A DNA stretch of 64,000 nt. It comes from Podarcis cretensis. Its lineage: Eukaryota. Below, one piece after another: positions 25,099 to 37,056 of the stretch; the first letter of the stretch is position 1, and every line of letters starts with the position of its first letter. The stretch is taken from NCBI GenBank assembly GCA_951804945.1, contig OX638153.1:4092001-4156000 (forward strand), read 5' to 3'. A program made the translations under genes and the position numbers. Under the pieces are notes generated by a model that was given only the letters and a program-made list of their open reading frames with translations, was not told the origin of the DNA and did not search any database.

Positions 25099-25740
25099 CC
25101 ATATTTTTCTGTGTATTGGACACCCCATGTATAGGATGCCCCCTATTTTGGGGGACCCCAAAAAAAGAAAATGGGGGGAAATTGCCCTGACTTGTTGAAA
25201 TTGGGGAGGGGAGGATTACCCAGAGGCTAACAGCCCCACACATCTAACAGGCCGTCTAACAGCTGTTCCCTTGCTGAGCTTTTGGGGAGGCAGAGTTGAG
25301 CTTTGGGGGGGGGTGAAGCTTTTTTTTCAATTACTTTTAGCACTTTTCGCCTTTCCCGCGGAGCCTCCGTACAGTATTCTGCTTGCCTCCTCCCACTCTG
25401 CCCGCCCTACAACTGGGAGGGAGGCTGTAGGCAGTCTGTTTTTGCCGTGTGGTGTCTTTGTGTGGCTCCATTTGTGCAGGGGGGTGCAACGTTACATAGG
25501 AGGAGTGCAGCAATTGAAGTAATATCCCCCTCTGCGCCTTTAACATCAGCGACACATCGCACCTTGCACTCCTCCTGTGTAACATTGCGCCGCCCGTGCA
25601 CAAATGGAGCCGCGCAAAGACGCTGCACAGAAAAAACAGATCACACACGCAGCCTCCCCCAGGCAGCCTCTGCCTGTAGGGTGGGCAGAGTGGGAGGAAG
25701 CAAGCAGACTGAGAATGCCCCACGAGAAAGGCGCAGAGGG
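25099..25740. mobile_element. pogo/Tc2-like MITE (left TIR only) with a large internal palindrome
   Basis: TA|ccatatttttctgtgtat, similar to 15783; inverted arms ~25345-25509 and 25566-25737. Confidence 0.6.
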
Positions 25741-25774
25741 GAGAGATCTTCGATCACTGTGGCCAACATGGCCA

Positions 25775-26770
25775 AGTCAGGTGAACGCCAAAATGCACAC
25801 CACCCCAAGAGGGCTATGGGATGGACAGCTGAGCCAGACCAGAGTTTGGTGATGCAGTGCCTCAGAATTCCACCAGAGGGCTGAAGCCTCTCTCTGATTG
25901 GCTACCTAGACAGACAGATAAAGGTGGGTGGAGCCAGAACTTTGGGAGGGAGAATAAAGGTTTAAAAGAGAGCAGGAGGAAGAGAAAGAAAGTTGGTCCT
26001 GGTCTGCATGTGTAACATCCACCCAGGGAAAAATATCTACAGCTAGAGAAAAGAGTCTCTGAGCTTAGATAGGAAGACTGTGTTGGGTGTCTTGGCTGAG
26101 TTGGAGCCAGGAGAAGGAGAATCTGTGAGGATACAGTCTCCTTGGGTCTCCATCCAGTCAGGAGGGGAGAGATCTTCCAGAAAGAGAAGACTCCCAAACC
26201 AGGAAAAAAGGGGTGCGTGGGGATCCCCTGGGTCTGTTAGACTGCCAGAGGTATCTCAGGCGTATGACTGATCAAAGGCTGGGAAGTGGACAGAAAGTAC
26301 CAAAGTATCAAGCTGTAACACCTACACAACAACTAAGTTAAGGAACTGAAGTGAAAGAATTGGAAATAAACTGAGCATTTACCATCTAGTCTAGAAACCT
26401 GTAACATCTAACTGAGGAGTAATAACTGAATTAAAGCAGCTGACATTTAAAAGAAGCTGTGCATTTATTACCTTGTTTAGAAGCCTGTATCATCCACTAG
26501 ATTAAGTATAATTATTAATAAGTTAACAGTTTCCTGAAAGAACATTATCTCCTGACACATCCTTTGTTTTATTAACTTCGTTCTGTAAAACTAATATGTC
26601 TTATTTTTTCAACTTCTGCTTGAGTCTCCAAGGATCTAAGTTTACATAAACCACAAAGATAAACTGTGGAGGTTACATGTAGTATATAAGTTGGTGGGTT
26701 CTGCCACAGTTGGTAGCCAGAGAGGTGGGATCCGCTTCACTTTGGTGACACAGCGGTGGGATCTGCTACA
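25775..26770 (+). mobile_element. Solo LTR (Gypsy-like) with tandem PBS-like units at its 3' end
   Basis: ggcca flanks both ends (25770-25774, 26771-26775); (t>a)gtcagg...ctaca; gattggct CCAAT box and tttaaaag TATA-like box. Alternative boundaries 25758-26708 (TGTGGC...GCCACA). Confidence 0.6.
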
Positions 26771-26910
26771 GGCCAGTTTATTCCCTTTGCATAGGGCACC
26801 TACGAAGCTTGGAAATAATGCGGGGAAATTATTTGTGTGTCCCACCTATTATAGTTTAGGGGCCTCCAAATGTCCTGTACCCACAACTGGGTGCATAAAG
26901 AATAACTTAC

Positions 26911-27012
26911 CATTTCTGCAGGGGAACTTGGTTTCAGGAAGAAATCTCCCAGATTCAGGAAATAGCCCTGAAGCTGCCCAATTAGCAACAGTAAAATAAC
27001 CCCATCTGCAAA
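26911..27012 (-). CDS. PARVG: gamma-parvin coding exon 10: FADGVILLLLIGQLQGYFLNLGDFFLKPSSPAEM
   Basis: AG/GT sites; 102 nt; close to the human PARVG CH2 segment. Confidence 0.96.
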
Positions 27013-28391
27013 CTGGGGGGGGGGGGATGAACAGAGGCATTACATTAAATATTATTAAAATGATTGCAGGGTCAGTTTTGTAATCCACAAGACCTCCATG
27101 ACATAAAGAACTTTCCTGCCGGACAAAAGCTTCTTCATATTTGCCCCCCAAAGCTTCTGTCTGCGGCAGCCAAAAACAGTCACGCAAAAACTTCTTGAAG
27201 TGCTACAATACTATATGTTATATATCACCCACATCTGTATTTTACAGTCTAAATCCAAATAACAGAACTTTAGGTCCAGTTCATAGGTTACAGTCTGACA
27301 AGTAAATCATTTATCTTTGGCTAGATTCCAGTGCCATTTGAATGAAAGAATCATGTCAACTATATAGAGCAAGTTTTAAAGTTATATTATTTTGACAAAA
27401 GACAAAATCCAGATAAGGATTTCTTTTAGTGGTGATCTTATGCCAAGAATTAAAAATTCTTTGTAGGTGGGATATATGAAAACCTTTTGCATCGCTTCAC
27501 TTTCTAGGGTACTAATGTATGTTAGCAGAGAACAGAAAGCTGGACTTGCATCTGGCAAGAACCGATTCAAGTCCCACCTTGGCGGCAGATGCTGGGCCAC
27601 TGCACATGTTAGGCCATAGTGAACCTGGGTCTGCCACCAGATATACATTTGGTGGGAAGCTGTAGCAAATCCTGAGTCCAATGAATATGAATGTATGATA
27701 CACATGCTTCCAAACACATGCATAGCTAATTAATCCATTTAATTTCTATGCATGCAATAAAGAACACCTTAGTTGTGCACCAATGTGGTGTAGTGGTTAG
27801 ACTAGCACCAGGGAGGTGCAGATTGAAATCCCCATTCAGCCACAAAACTCACTCAGTGACCCTTTCAGTCACTATCTTGGAATTTAACTACTTCACTGGT
27901 TCATGGAAATGATAAAATAGGAGAAGGAAACTATGTGCATAGCCAGAGCTCCCTGATGGAAGGAAGGAATAATAATGGCATACATAAATTTTTAAAATGG
28001 GCTTCCTGCAAGCATCTGAGATATTGAAATGAAGAATCAAATCAAGGAAGCCCTCACTTAGCATGCTTACTCTCTATAAATTGTTTTTTTAACCACATGA
28101 GACAGGTGCTCAAAGTTGATTTCCCATCATTTGAAGTAGTCCTTGTTGGGAATTCCATTCCACCCTTTGCTGCAGATATGTGGGATTCTTATATGTCACG
28201 TCTGTTTACATTCCAGCACAGATTGCTGAATCCTGTGAGCAGACGTTCCGCTCTGCATTGCTTTTGTTTTCTCTTTCTCTGAGAAGAACAACAAGGAGAG
28301 AGGCCATGCTTTTCTTTGTCCTGATTTATGTAGAATAAATGTGTAGTATCCACGCCTCGAGCCTGATCTGTTGTGTGTTTACTCTGCTGAG

Positions 28392-28927
28392 CAGTGGCGT
28401 AGCGTGGGTTGTCAGCACCCGGGGCAAGGCAAGTAATTTGCGCCCCTAACCCCTAACCTGCCGCCGCTGCCAGCTTCTTCTTGCTGCTGCCTGGGCTGGG
28501 GTATTTACGGTAAGGTAGCCACGGCGGCGGTGGGTCCGTGTCAGGTGATCTGAGGCGAGTTGCCGCTGGCGCTGCTGCCCAAATGACGCCGCTTGCCCAG
28601 AGGAGGAGGAGGGCAGAGAGGCGAGGAAAATGCAACATGGCCCAGCAGCTGCAGCAGCGGCGGCGGTGGCGGGGCTGTGAGGAGGGGCTGCCTGGCGCGC
28701 CCTCCGCGGCCCTAACGCACGGGGACCGGGGCGAGCGCTGAGAGCCGCTGCCTGCCGGACGCCTTCAGCCTGGACGCGCGCACAGCTCGCCGGTTCCGCG
28801 AGACATGGGGCTCTGCTACAGCCTGCGCCCGAGGCTCTTCGGTGACTCCGGAGGCGGCGAGCGCGCCCCCCCAGATGTTGCGGCCGGTGCGGCCGGCCCC
28901 CCCTGCACCCCCCACGCTACGCCACTG
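28392..28927. mobile_element. Young CpG-rich hAT MITE
   Basis: Perfect 17-bp TIR cagtggcgtagcgtggg; perfect 8-bp TSD ctgctgag. Confidence 0.92.
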
Positions 28928-29295
28928 CTGCTGAGTAATGTGTGCTCTTTCATGCACAGCAGCTTGAGTTGCAGATGCACGTCAGAGGAGTATGACTGAT
29001 GGGTCTCCGCAGCGGCAAGGCTGAGAAGGGAGACGCTTCGGCTGGGGCCAAGCCAGCTGGCTTTTCATCCCCGGTTCCAACAGTCCTGCCCATGAAGGAT
29101 GCAGCTACATAGTGTACATGTGCTCCACACTGACTTATTATGTGGCCTTCATCAAGTTGCAGCCCCAACCTGTGTTTCCCCATCTGTAAAGGGAAATGCT
29201 TAGTGACAGACCTCCAAGGGTTGATGTGAGGGCAAACACCATAAAGCAGTTCATAAATTAAATGCAACATAGGATCACGAGCAGGATATTTTTAC

Positions 29296-29364
29296 CTGAG
29301 AGTCAATGTCTTTCACACTTAGTCCTAACTTCCCAACATGTCTGTTGACAAACTTCAAAAATAC
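29296..29364 (-). CDS. PARVG: gamma-parvin coding exon 9: VFLKFVNRHVGKLGLSVKDIDSQ
   Basis: AG/GT sites; 69 nt, the same size as PARVB 58762-58830. Confidence 0.92.
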
Positions 29365-29464
29365 CTAAAGGAACAGAGAATGGCATTAAATCACTGTTTC
29401 TTAGTTATATATCACATTATAAATTGTCTGGAGGGGAAAAAAAACCTGAGGGTGTTTGTTTTAC

Positions 29465-29526
29465 CTCTTTCACTGCATCCACTTTCTCTGGCGCATATGT
29501 CATTAATTCATCAAACATTTCAGCTT
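29465..29526 (-). CDS. PARVG: gamma-parvin coding exon 8: AEMFDELMTYAPEKVDAVKE
   Basis: TAG-AAG tandem acceptor (62 or 59 nt), GT donor; matches FDELFKLAPEKVNAVKE. Confidence 0.92.
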
Positions 29527-30626
29527 CTACAGTAAAGTACAGTACCAAATTGATTATTTTCAATATATTTCACCACATGAGAGTTCTTCTGTATTATGTT
29601 TTGCAATGCAGGTCATAATGACCCATATCTTAGCCCAATAACAAAGGAGGATGGAGGTGGAGTGCTCTGCATATGGCTTCTTTGTGGGCTTGTGGGTCTA
29701 TGCGCCATCCCATCCTCTCAATTGCCTTTTCCTCCCAATGCTGTCATTCTGTGCTACAGAAATGTGGGTTGCAATCCTATACCCATTTCTCTGGGAGAAA
29801 GCTGTTTTGATCTCAATGAGATTGACTTTTAACTACTTAGGATTGCACCCTTAGACTGGAAATTCCTTGGGACAGGAACCTGTCTTTCTGTATGTTTATT
29901 CAATAAAGCATCAAATCTATGAGGGGGGCTCCCTAGATGTTGCTGAACTCCCATCATCCCCCCTGACTATGGCCATGGTGGCTGGGACTGGCGGGAGTTG
30001 AAAGTCCAATCAATCCATATGTATTACAGTCAAAGTCAAAGACAACAGAAAGAACAATAATAACACATATAACTACATCAGCACCCGGGGCAGAAGCGGT
30101 AGACAAAATCGGAAATGTCATATATACTTCTTAACATTCTTAACATTAAAATGAATACTCCATCAGCTAAAGTCTGAGATCCAGAGTCTAAAATCAGTAT
30201 TCATTCACGTCTTTGTCAGCAAGAAGGTATTCCCCATGAGCAGCTAGGTAGTTAGTTTCCTTAATAAAGGTTGAATTAGTTCTTTTCAGCTATCATAGTA
30301 TAGCAGGCAGTATAAGAGTACGTGGGCAATATATTCAATCTCATCTGAATTACATGGGCACAGCTACAATTATAACGTTATAAGTCTCAACAGCCCCAGG
30401 TGACTTTCCAGCTCATACCTAACCTCAGAAGAATTATTTTCTGCTGCTATGTGTAGAAATTTAGTAAAACAATGGTAGTTCTTCATATTTAAGAAAGAGC
30501 ATCAGGAGATTGTCGTTGAGGATGAAAATATGAGGCTTTTTGCAGAGAACAATAACTGCCACAGAGCTTTTCAAAACAGATCATGGTGGAGACACACTGG
30601 AATAAGTCCTTAGTTCTGTAACTTAC

Positions 30627-30649
30627 GTGAAGAACTTTCGTCAGGTTCC
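30627..30649 (-). CDS. PARVG: gamma-parvin coding exon 7 (23-nt microexon): EPDESSS
   Basis: tttag|...|gtaagt; supplies exactly the phase 2-to-1 link between exons 6 and 8. Confidence 0.8.
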
Positions 30650-31333
30650 CTAAATACCCAACAAAAGGAAAGATGAGTTAGAAAACAAGCAAATAGGCAT
30701 CTGAAGTAGTAAGTGGTTGCAGCCCACAGTATCTCAGGTTGAATAGTTAATCTCTGGGCTGCGACAAGCCTCATGGGGCAAAAGCCTACCCATATTTACT
30801 TGGACATAAAATTGCACAGCACTCCAACCTCGGTTATTTTGTGGCAACAGATTCACATGCCTGCCTTTCTAGAATTTGTCACTATGAAATAAGAGACTGA
30901 AATATAAAATGTAGCTGTTACCTGAGCCTCTGGCTCAAAAGTCAATAAAGGTTTATCTTACAGTATAAGCGTAGTTTCTAATATTAGAAATTGTCTAACA
31001 TAACAGATTATAAAAGATATTGGTAAGAACAAAGCCATAGAAGGCAAATGGCATTTCTGATGTTTGAAGCCAAGGCAGAAAGAGGCAAGATGTTGCCTGG
31101 TGTCATGGTCTGAGCGCAGAAGGAGCCAGCAAATAAGAGATGAATTGGCACTCATTTCCAAAACCACCTAAATAAAGAACTCTATGGGATTTACAAAAAC
31201 CAGTACCAAACACAATACATTTTCTATTCTTTGTTAACTTTTATTTGCACAATAAAACTGACACGTAAGTAGAGATGTAATTTCCATCTTTGTACTTCTC
31301 CATTCAGAGTTGAAGGCAAAATTTGTCTTTTAC

Positions 31334-31389
31334 CTGTTCCCGGTGATGTACTCAACTGCATCTTCTGTCTTAAATCCGTTCGCTGTATA
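31334..31389 (-). CDS. PARVG: gamma-parvin coding exon 6: YTANGFKTEDAVEYITGN(R)
   Basis: tttcatag|...|gtaaaa; 56 nt; aligns with TKSGLKSEKLVEQLTE. Confidence 0.88.
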
Positions 31390-32541
31390 CTATGAAATAG
31401 AAAGAAAGGATACAAAAAGAAGGTATCAACTACTAACTGCAAAAAAAGAAGGAAAGGGGAACAATATACCTCAGGCATGTGCTGTGCAAGATTTCTTTAT
31501 AGTGAAATATTGGGCATTCCTACACAAAAGGAAGACTGACCAGGTTACTCCCCGGTAACCAGGTATAGGATTGCATCTTAATTATAGCAAAATTTTAGGC
31601 AAAATCTACACTTTCTGGGGTCAAACAGAGCATCCTCAACAAAAACACTCCCAACCTTGTGTTTTCTGCCAAAAGGAGAAATGCCATAAGCTTTCCCTCA
31701 GCAACTCTCCCCCTGCCACTCCCCATCCCTAGCTATGGGTTCTGAGATGCTTTTGCCTTGAGGGTTTGCAAGGCAGAAAGGCAAAATGTGTGTTTTAATA
31801 AATAAATACCGGTAAGTAAAATTAATAAAGTGGGAGCCGTGGCTGGGGATCTTGCTCCTGGCACTGCAAACACAAACATGCCCCTTGGAATGGCATCAGC
31901 AAACATGGAGTGGAGAATCCTGGGTTTGCTTCTGCTCATATAGCTCTGCCCAATACTCTCCCTGCTCTGCATACTTTGACAGTGCAACGTCACACGTTTT
32001 CTGCCAACAGAATTCCTATAGGATATATGGTTTGTTTGAGTATTTATACAAGTTAGTGCTTAATTGCTTAATTGGTTTGTAAAAAATGTTTTTAACTGTT
32101 TCTCTTTTATCTGTAAGCCACTTTGAGTCCCTGTCTGGGGAAAAGGTTGGATCAAGTACTGGTAAGTTAGTAGTAAATAGTCCTCATTCACACATAGGAA
32201 ATCACAGCCAATTTGCTCCTCCCCATTCATTCTGCTGCAGTACTGCACTGAGCTAAGTTATGGTTTGGTTTAGCATGTAATCCAGACAAAGCAACAGCTG
32301 TAAACCACAGGACAAAGTTTGTCTGGAGACAGTGAAACCCTGAGCTTGGACTTGGACAACACATTAAGCCAAACTAGCAGAAGAAAGGCCAGGAAGAAGC
32401 AAAGGAGCCACAATCTCTTCTCTGGGAGCCTGTACGTTTGCTCAGAGCCATGGTTTAGCTTAGCATTACACATGAGCTTATTAACAGTGTGATAAAATGA
32501 TGAATTAGTGCAAATTTTGATGTCAGTTACTCATTGCATAC

Positions 32542-32945
32542 TGTCAGGGAACTGCCATCAGAGCAGGTGGTGGAAGGGCTCAAGGAGGTTAGGAGAGACT
32601 TAACAGCAGAGGAAGGAACCAGCAGGGGGAGAGAAGGAGCTCCGAGGGAAAGGGAGTCGGAAGAAGGGCTCTGGGACACTTCCAGCGAAAACAGTGAGGA
32701 GGTTTCAGGACCTCCTATAGGGACAGCCACACCTCGCCGGAAACTGTCACGCCAAGAGTCCAGAAGACGCGTTTCCGTTAAGGAGCTTTTATGTTGGAAG
32801 AGATTCCGCAAACGCCCACTGTCGGATTCTGCCAGCGACTGAGGGAGCCATGCTTAAGGGCTCCGCTAAAGACAGAGTTTTGCTAAGCTGAGCAAACCCT
32901 GAGGGACTAAGCTTTTACGCACAAGCAGCTCATCATCCCATCACA
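32542..32945 (+). mobile_element. Gypsy-type solo LTR with an intact internal reading frame
   Basis: TGT...ACA termini; perfect 5-bp TSD catac (32537-32541, 32946-32950). Confidence 0.85.
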
Positions 32946-33128
32946 CATACATATTATCTCAGTATATTTACTATATATGCAGTGAACATATGATATCTCA
33001 ACATCAATTCCAGTGATATTTAATTTTGAGACATGGCATTTGATTTCAGAATTAGTTATTTGACAGTGAACATTTGACAGTATTTGATAGTCAGCATGCA
33101 ATGTTTAATTTAATTTAATTGCTGGTAT

Positions 33129-33202
33129 GACAGAAGTGCCTGGTGTGCTCTGGTCCATGGGGTCACGAAGAGTCGGACACGACTAAACGACTAAACAACA
33201 AC
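33129..33202 (+). mobile_element. BovB (RTE) 3' tail fragment
   Basis: ggggtcacgaagagtcggacacgactaaacgactaaacaacaac. Confidence 0.85.
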
Positions 33203-34245
33203 ATGCAATGGTATTTAACATTTAACAGATACGGCATTATATGTAATGGTATTTAGTATGTGCTGCTGCTTCAGAGTGGACAGCTTATAACATTCACATC
33301 TAATAATAAAATGTCAAGAGAATCATAAGATTATCCATTTCTTTTTGTTAGTTGCTTTTCATTATACAAATAATTCTAAAGCAGATACTATATCAATAAA
33401 ACACAACCAAGTCATACAACCAGTAAACAATAGAGCACAGTTAAAAGGGGAGAGCACAAACACAGTCAAGCAACTATTTATAAAGTGCAGCATCACAGAC
33501 ATAGCCCAAAGTCTGGGTGAATAAATAGGGCTTCGGTTGGCTTATAAGACTTAGCACCAACTAACTGCAAAGTCCAACGTAATTGAATTTTGTTATAAAA
33601 ATTCACGTTAAGGATTTGAGGATTTGAATTTGACATTTTGCATCCATGTTTTTAATATTCCTAATATTAATCAGAGTTCTAGAAACAGCCCTGAGAGGAT
33701 ATTTGTTTGCAATCCACCTTGTACTAGGGTCCATGACACTTCTGATGGAGCTGAGGTGGAAGACACAGGGTCTCCCAGGCACTGCCCACTGCCGTGCAGC
33801 CTGTCACGTGGGCTGCTGATTCTGTAATAATAATAATTTATAATAATTTATTCTTTATACCCAGCCCATCTGGCTGGGTTTCCCCAGCCACTCTACAGCT
33901 AGGCAAGTGAGAAATAGAAGTGTGGACCTACGAAACCAATCCTGGTCCCACACCTTCTTCACCAAATCGTGGTGGTACCACTCTTAACACTATGCTGCAG
34001 AATGGTGACATGGTTGCCACAGTGCAAGTGAAAGCACTGTCTCCAAATTGCCCCCCATCCCTACCCCACAGCACCTCTCTGAGGTCGGTGTGTGGATGAA
34101 AACTGGGGCGATGCTTGGCTCCTGTGTCTGCTCCCACAACCATCGCAAGCAGTTTCTCTAACTGCAGCATGCTTGCCTCAGGGTGCAAAGACAATCTTAA
34201 CAAGCTCAGCAGAGAGCAGAAAGAAAGGGAAAATTGTTCCGTTAC

Positions 34246-34361
34246 CTCTACGTTTATTACATCCACCTTAACGTTCGGAGGTATAGCAAGCTCTGGTTGA
34301 AAGTGGCCAGCGATGGCCACCAGAAGATGCAACGTGGACAGCAAGTCCTTCCTGAAGATGG
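34246..34361 (-). CDS. PARVG: gamma-parvin coding exon 5: (S)IFRKDLLSTLHLLVAIAGHFQPELAIPPNVKVDVINVE
   Basis: AG/GT sites; 116 nt; matches the PARVG CH1 end. Confidence 0.96.
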
Positions 34362-35269
34362 CTAAAATAAGAGCACGAGGCAAACGGATGAAGTGTAAAC
34401 CAATTAATATTTGGAAATACCATATAAATAAACTGTATCTGGAAATGGTTTAAGTGTTAGCAGATTTCAGTACAATGGTACTCTTTCAAAAGCTGTGGGG
34501 GTATGTAGCTCCTGCTGGCGCCAGGGTGGGGTGGGGGTCTCTTCTTCGACTGGAAGAAGTGAGGACGGGGCTTTATAGCCCAGTGGGCTAAGATGTCCTA
34601 AACAAATGCACGCTTAGGCTGGCCCTGAGTCTCTGTTCCTCAGAATCCCTCACCAATGGAACCCTTGTTGTTTTAATTAGCAAAATGGTCATCCTTATGA
34701 CAGAAGTGTGTGTCTGGAGGACGCTTGGGGCAGTATAAATGCACGCCTTATCAGCAAGGGCCAGGCCACGGAGAGGCAGAGATGGAAAGTCGCTTTCCAC
34801 CTATACTTCATCTTGTCTCCAAGTGCAGCAGTAACTTCCCTCCACAGGAATTAATGCTCATCACTCATTTATCTGGGAGGAAATATCTGCTACAAGGCTA
34901 AACTTGCACTTAGCACCTGGGGACTTAAGCAGTTAGGAATCAATGCTGTTTTTATCTGTATAGTCCAGACCTGGGTTTGTTTCTTGGGAAGACTAGGGTG
35001 CTGGTGACTGGTTTTTATATAAAATATTACTTTTATGCTGACATATTTTTGTGGGTGGGTGCCTTTGTGTTTCTCCTGCAAATGTTATAAGAAACCTAGC
35101 CATGAGTTTGTCTTTGTCGGGAGTTACAACTTTTGTTTGGGGTATTTGGTTCTTTTACTTCCAGTCTAGAGGATCTTCTTCCTTTACGCCACTAGATTCC
35201 CAAGATAAGAAAAGGGAAGGAGATACATTATTATTCAGTATCTGGTTTGTGTTTTGCATTTGTACATAC

Positions 35270-35410
35270 AGTCTACACTCCATTTCAGTTTGCTTTCTTC
35301 TAGCTGTAAACACTGGTTCACAGATTTTAGAATAATTTCAAGTTTAAGCCTTTGTTTCTTCTCTGTCAATGCAATTTCCTCTACTTCCAGACTGAGGGAT
35401 CCAAGTTGCT
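35270..35410 (-). CDS. PARVG: gamma-parvin coding exon 4: EQLGSLSLEVEEIALTEKKQRLKLEIILKSVNQCLQLEESKLKWSVD
   Basis: AG/GT sites; 141 nt. Confidence 0.95.
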
Positions 35411-36633
35411 CTAGGAGTTGAAAAGAAGACAAGAAAGAAAGATGCAGAATATAGTCTGACTTCCGGTTCAGCAATTTATTGCAGGGTATTCTAATTCCTC
35501 CAGAAAGCCCTGGCACACTTATTTTAATTCACACAACACCAGCCTCAAGCATTGTGTACTGAATTTTAAGTGGTGTGAGCCTCTTCCAGAGCCATTTTGT
35601 GCCTGAAAAGCTGTAGAAAAGCCTAACAGCTAATAGGTGTGTGTCCTTCATTCACTTAGGCTTAGGGCATTCAGGGCAACCGTTGAAATGAAAATGAAAG
35701 GTCACTGACAAAAGATCCCTTTGTGTATCTTATAGAACACTCAGGGGTTTGGACTGTAAATACTGTATTGTTAGATTTCTATGATTCCACATTTATCCAG
35801 ATACCTATTTTTATATGCATTTTTGCCAAATCTACACAATTTTTCGAGCAATTTATCCAACAATGCATTTTGCAAGTGATTTTCACTAATATATGCATGC
35901 ACAGTTTTGTGTACTGCAAAATTTGAAGCAGTTTGAATGTTGAAGGACAGCTGTTCTTTGGTTCAAGAAGTGCAAATTAGCCACATTTCTCCCCTACCCT
36001 AACTCTAAACACACACAAAGAAAAGCTAACAACAAATAAAGGACTTGTGGCAGGAACCACGAAGCCGTGTGAATTATCAGTCACTGAAGGCTAGCAGTGC
36101 CTATGCTTTATCCTTTTCGAGGGTTAGTCTTTGTCTCTGCTTTTCCCCCTCTGCATAAATCCTGACGTTGGCAAGGCCTTCCTCTCTTTCTTCATTCTAT
36201 ATTCTTCAAAATTATTTTCTTTTGCTGCTCCCTTCCTGTCAGGCTCCCGCAATATCTGCTCATGACGGTCACACAAGAACAACATGCTACCATTATGTGT
36301 GCATGCATGCTATTTCTGCACAGGGTGATCCTGATTCTGTGTGCAAGTGTTTCAAGGATACACTAGGTTGTGGCAGGAAAAAATTGCAAGAAAGCCAGTA
36401 CATAGAAAATTGCAAGAAAGCCAATACATAGAAAACTAAATTTTCAGAGAGAGTGTGGGAGGAGAAACATGCCGTTCAGGCTTCAGAATATTTCAGTTAT
36501 CTGGTTGATCTGCATGTAAGCTAAGAAAAAGAACTGGTAATAAATATTAATTATAGGAGGACACTCTGTAATGAGATTTATTCCACAATACAGGTATTTC
36601 CAAATGCCCACATTTAAAACAAAAATGGCTTAC

Positions 36634-36736
36634 CTATGAGATGATGAAGTATTAATCCATCATACATGTCTTGCTCAAGGCTTTTCACCACAATGTGTTC
36701 ATGCTTCAGAGTCGTGTTAATCCAATCCATAAAGAA
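36634..36736 (-). CDS. PARVG: gamma-parvin coding exon 3: FFMDWINTTLKHEHIVVKSLEQDMYDGLILHHLI
   Basis: AG/GT sites; 103 nt; start of CH1. Confidence 0.96.
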
Positions 36737-37056
36737 CTGTGGGGGAAATGTTGTCTTGAATAACAGCATTTGGGTATTTTCTCACTTCTTCTTTTTTTAA
36801 AAAAAGAAGAAAATAGAAATCAGATTTACTTCAACAATCTGTGCCAAAGTATCCTAATTCTGTAATTGGTGGTTACTGTAATGTAAAAGTAAAATGGAAG
36901 AGCCCTAAATTTAGCATATATGTGTGTGTGTTTTTAGTTAAATTTCATGCACTTGACAAGAGTGGCATGTTTTTGTACACTGCTTGGAAATTCTGAATAT
37001 GAAGCAGCATATAAGTATCTGAAGTGCAGAAATAAAAGATATATTTTAACATTTTA

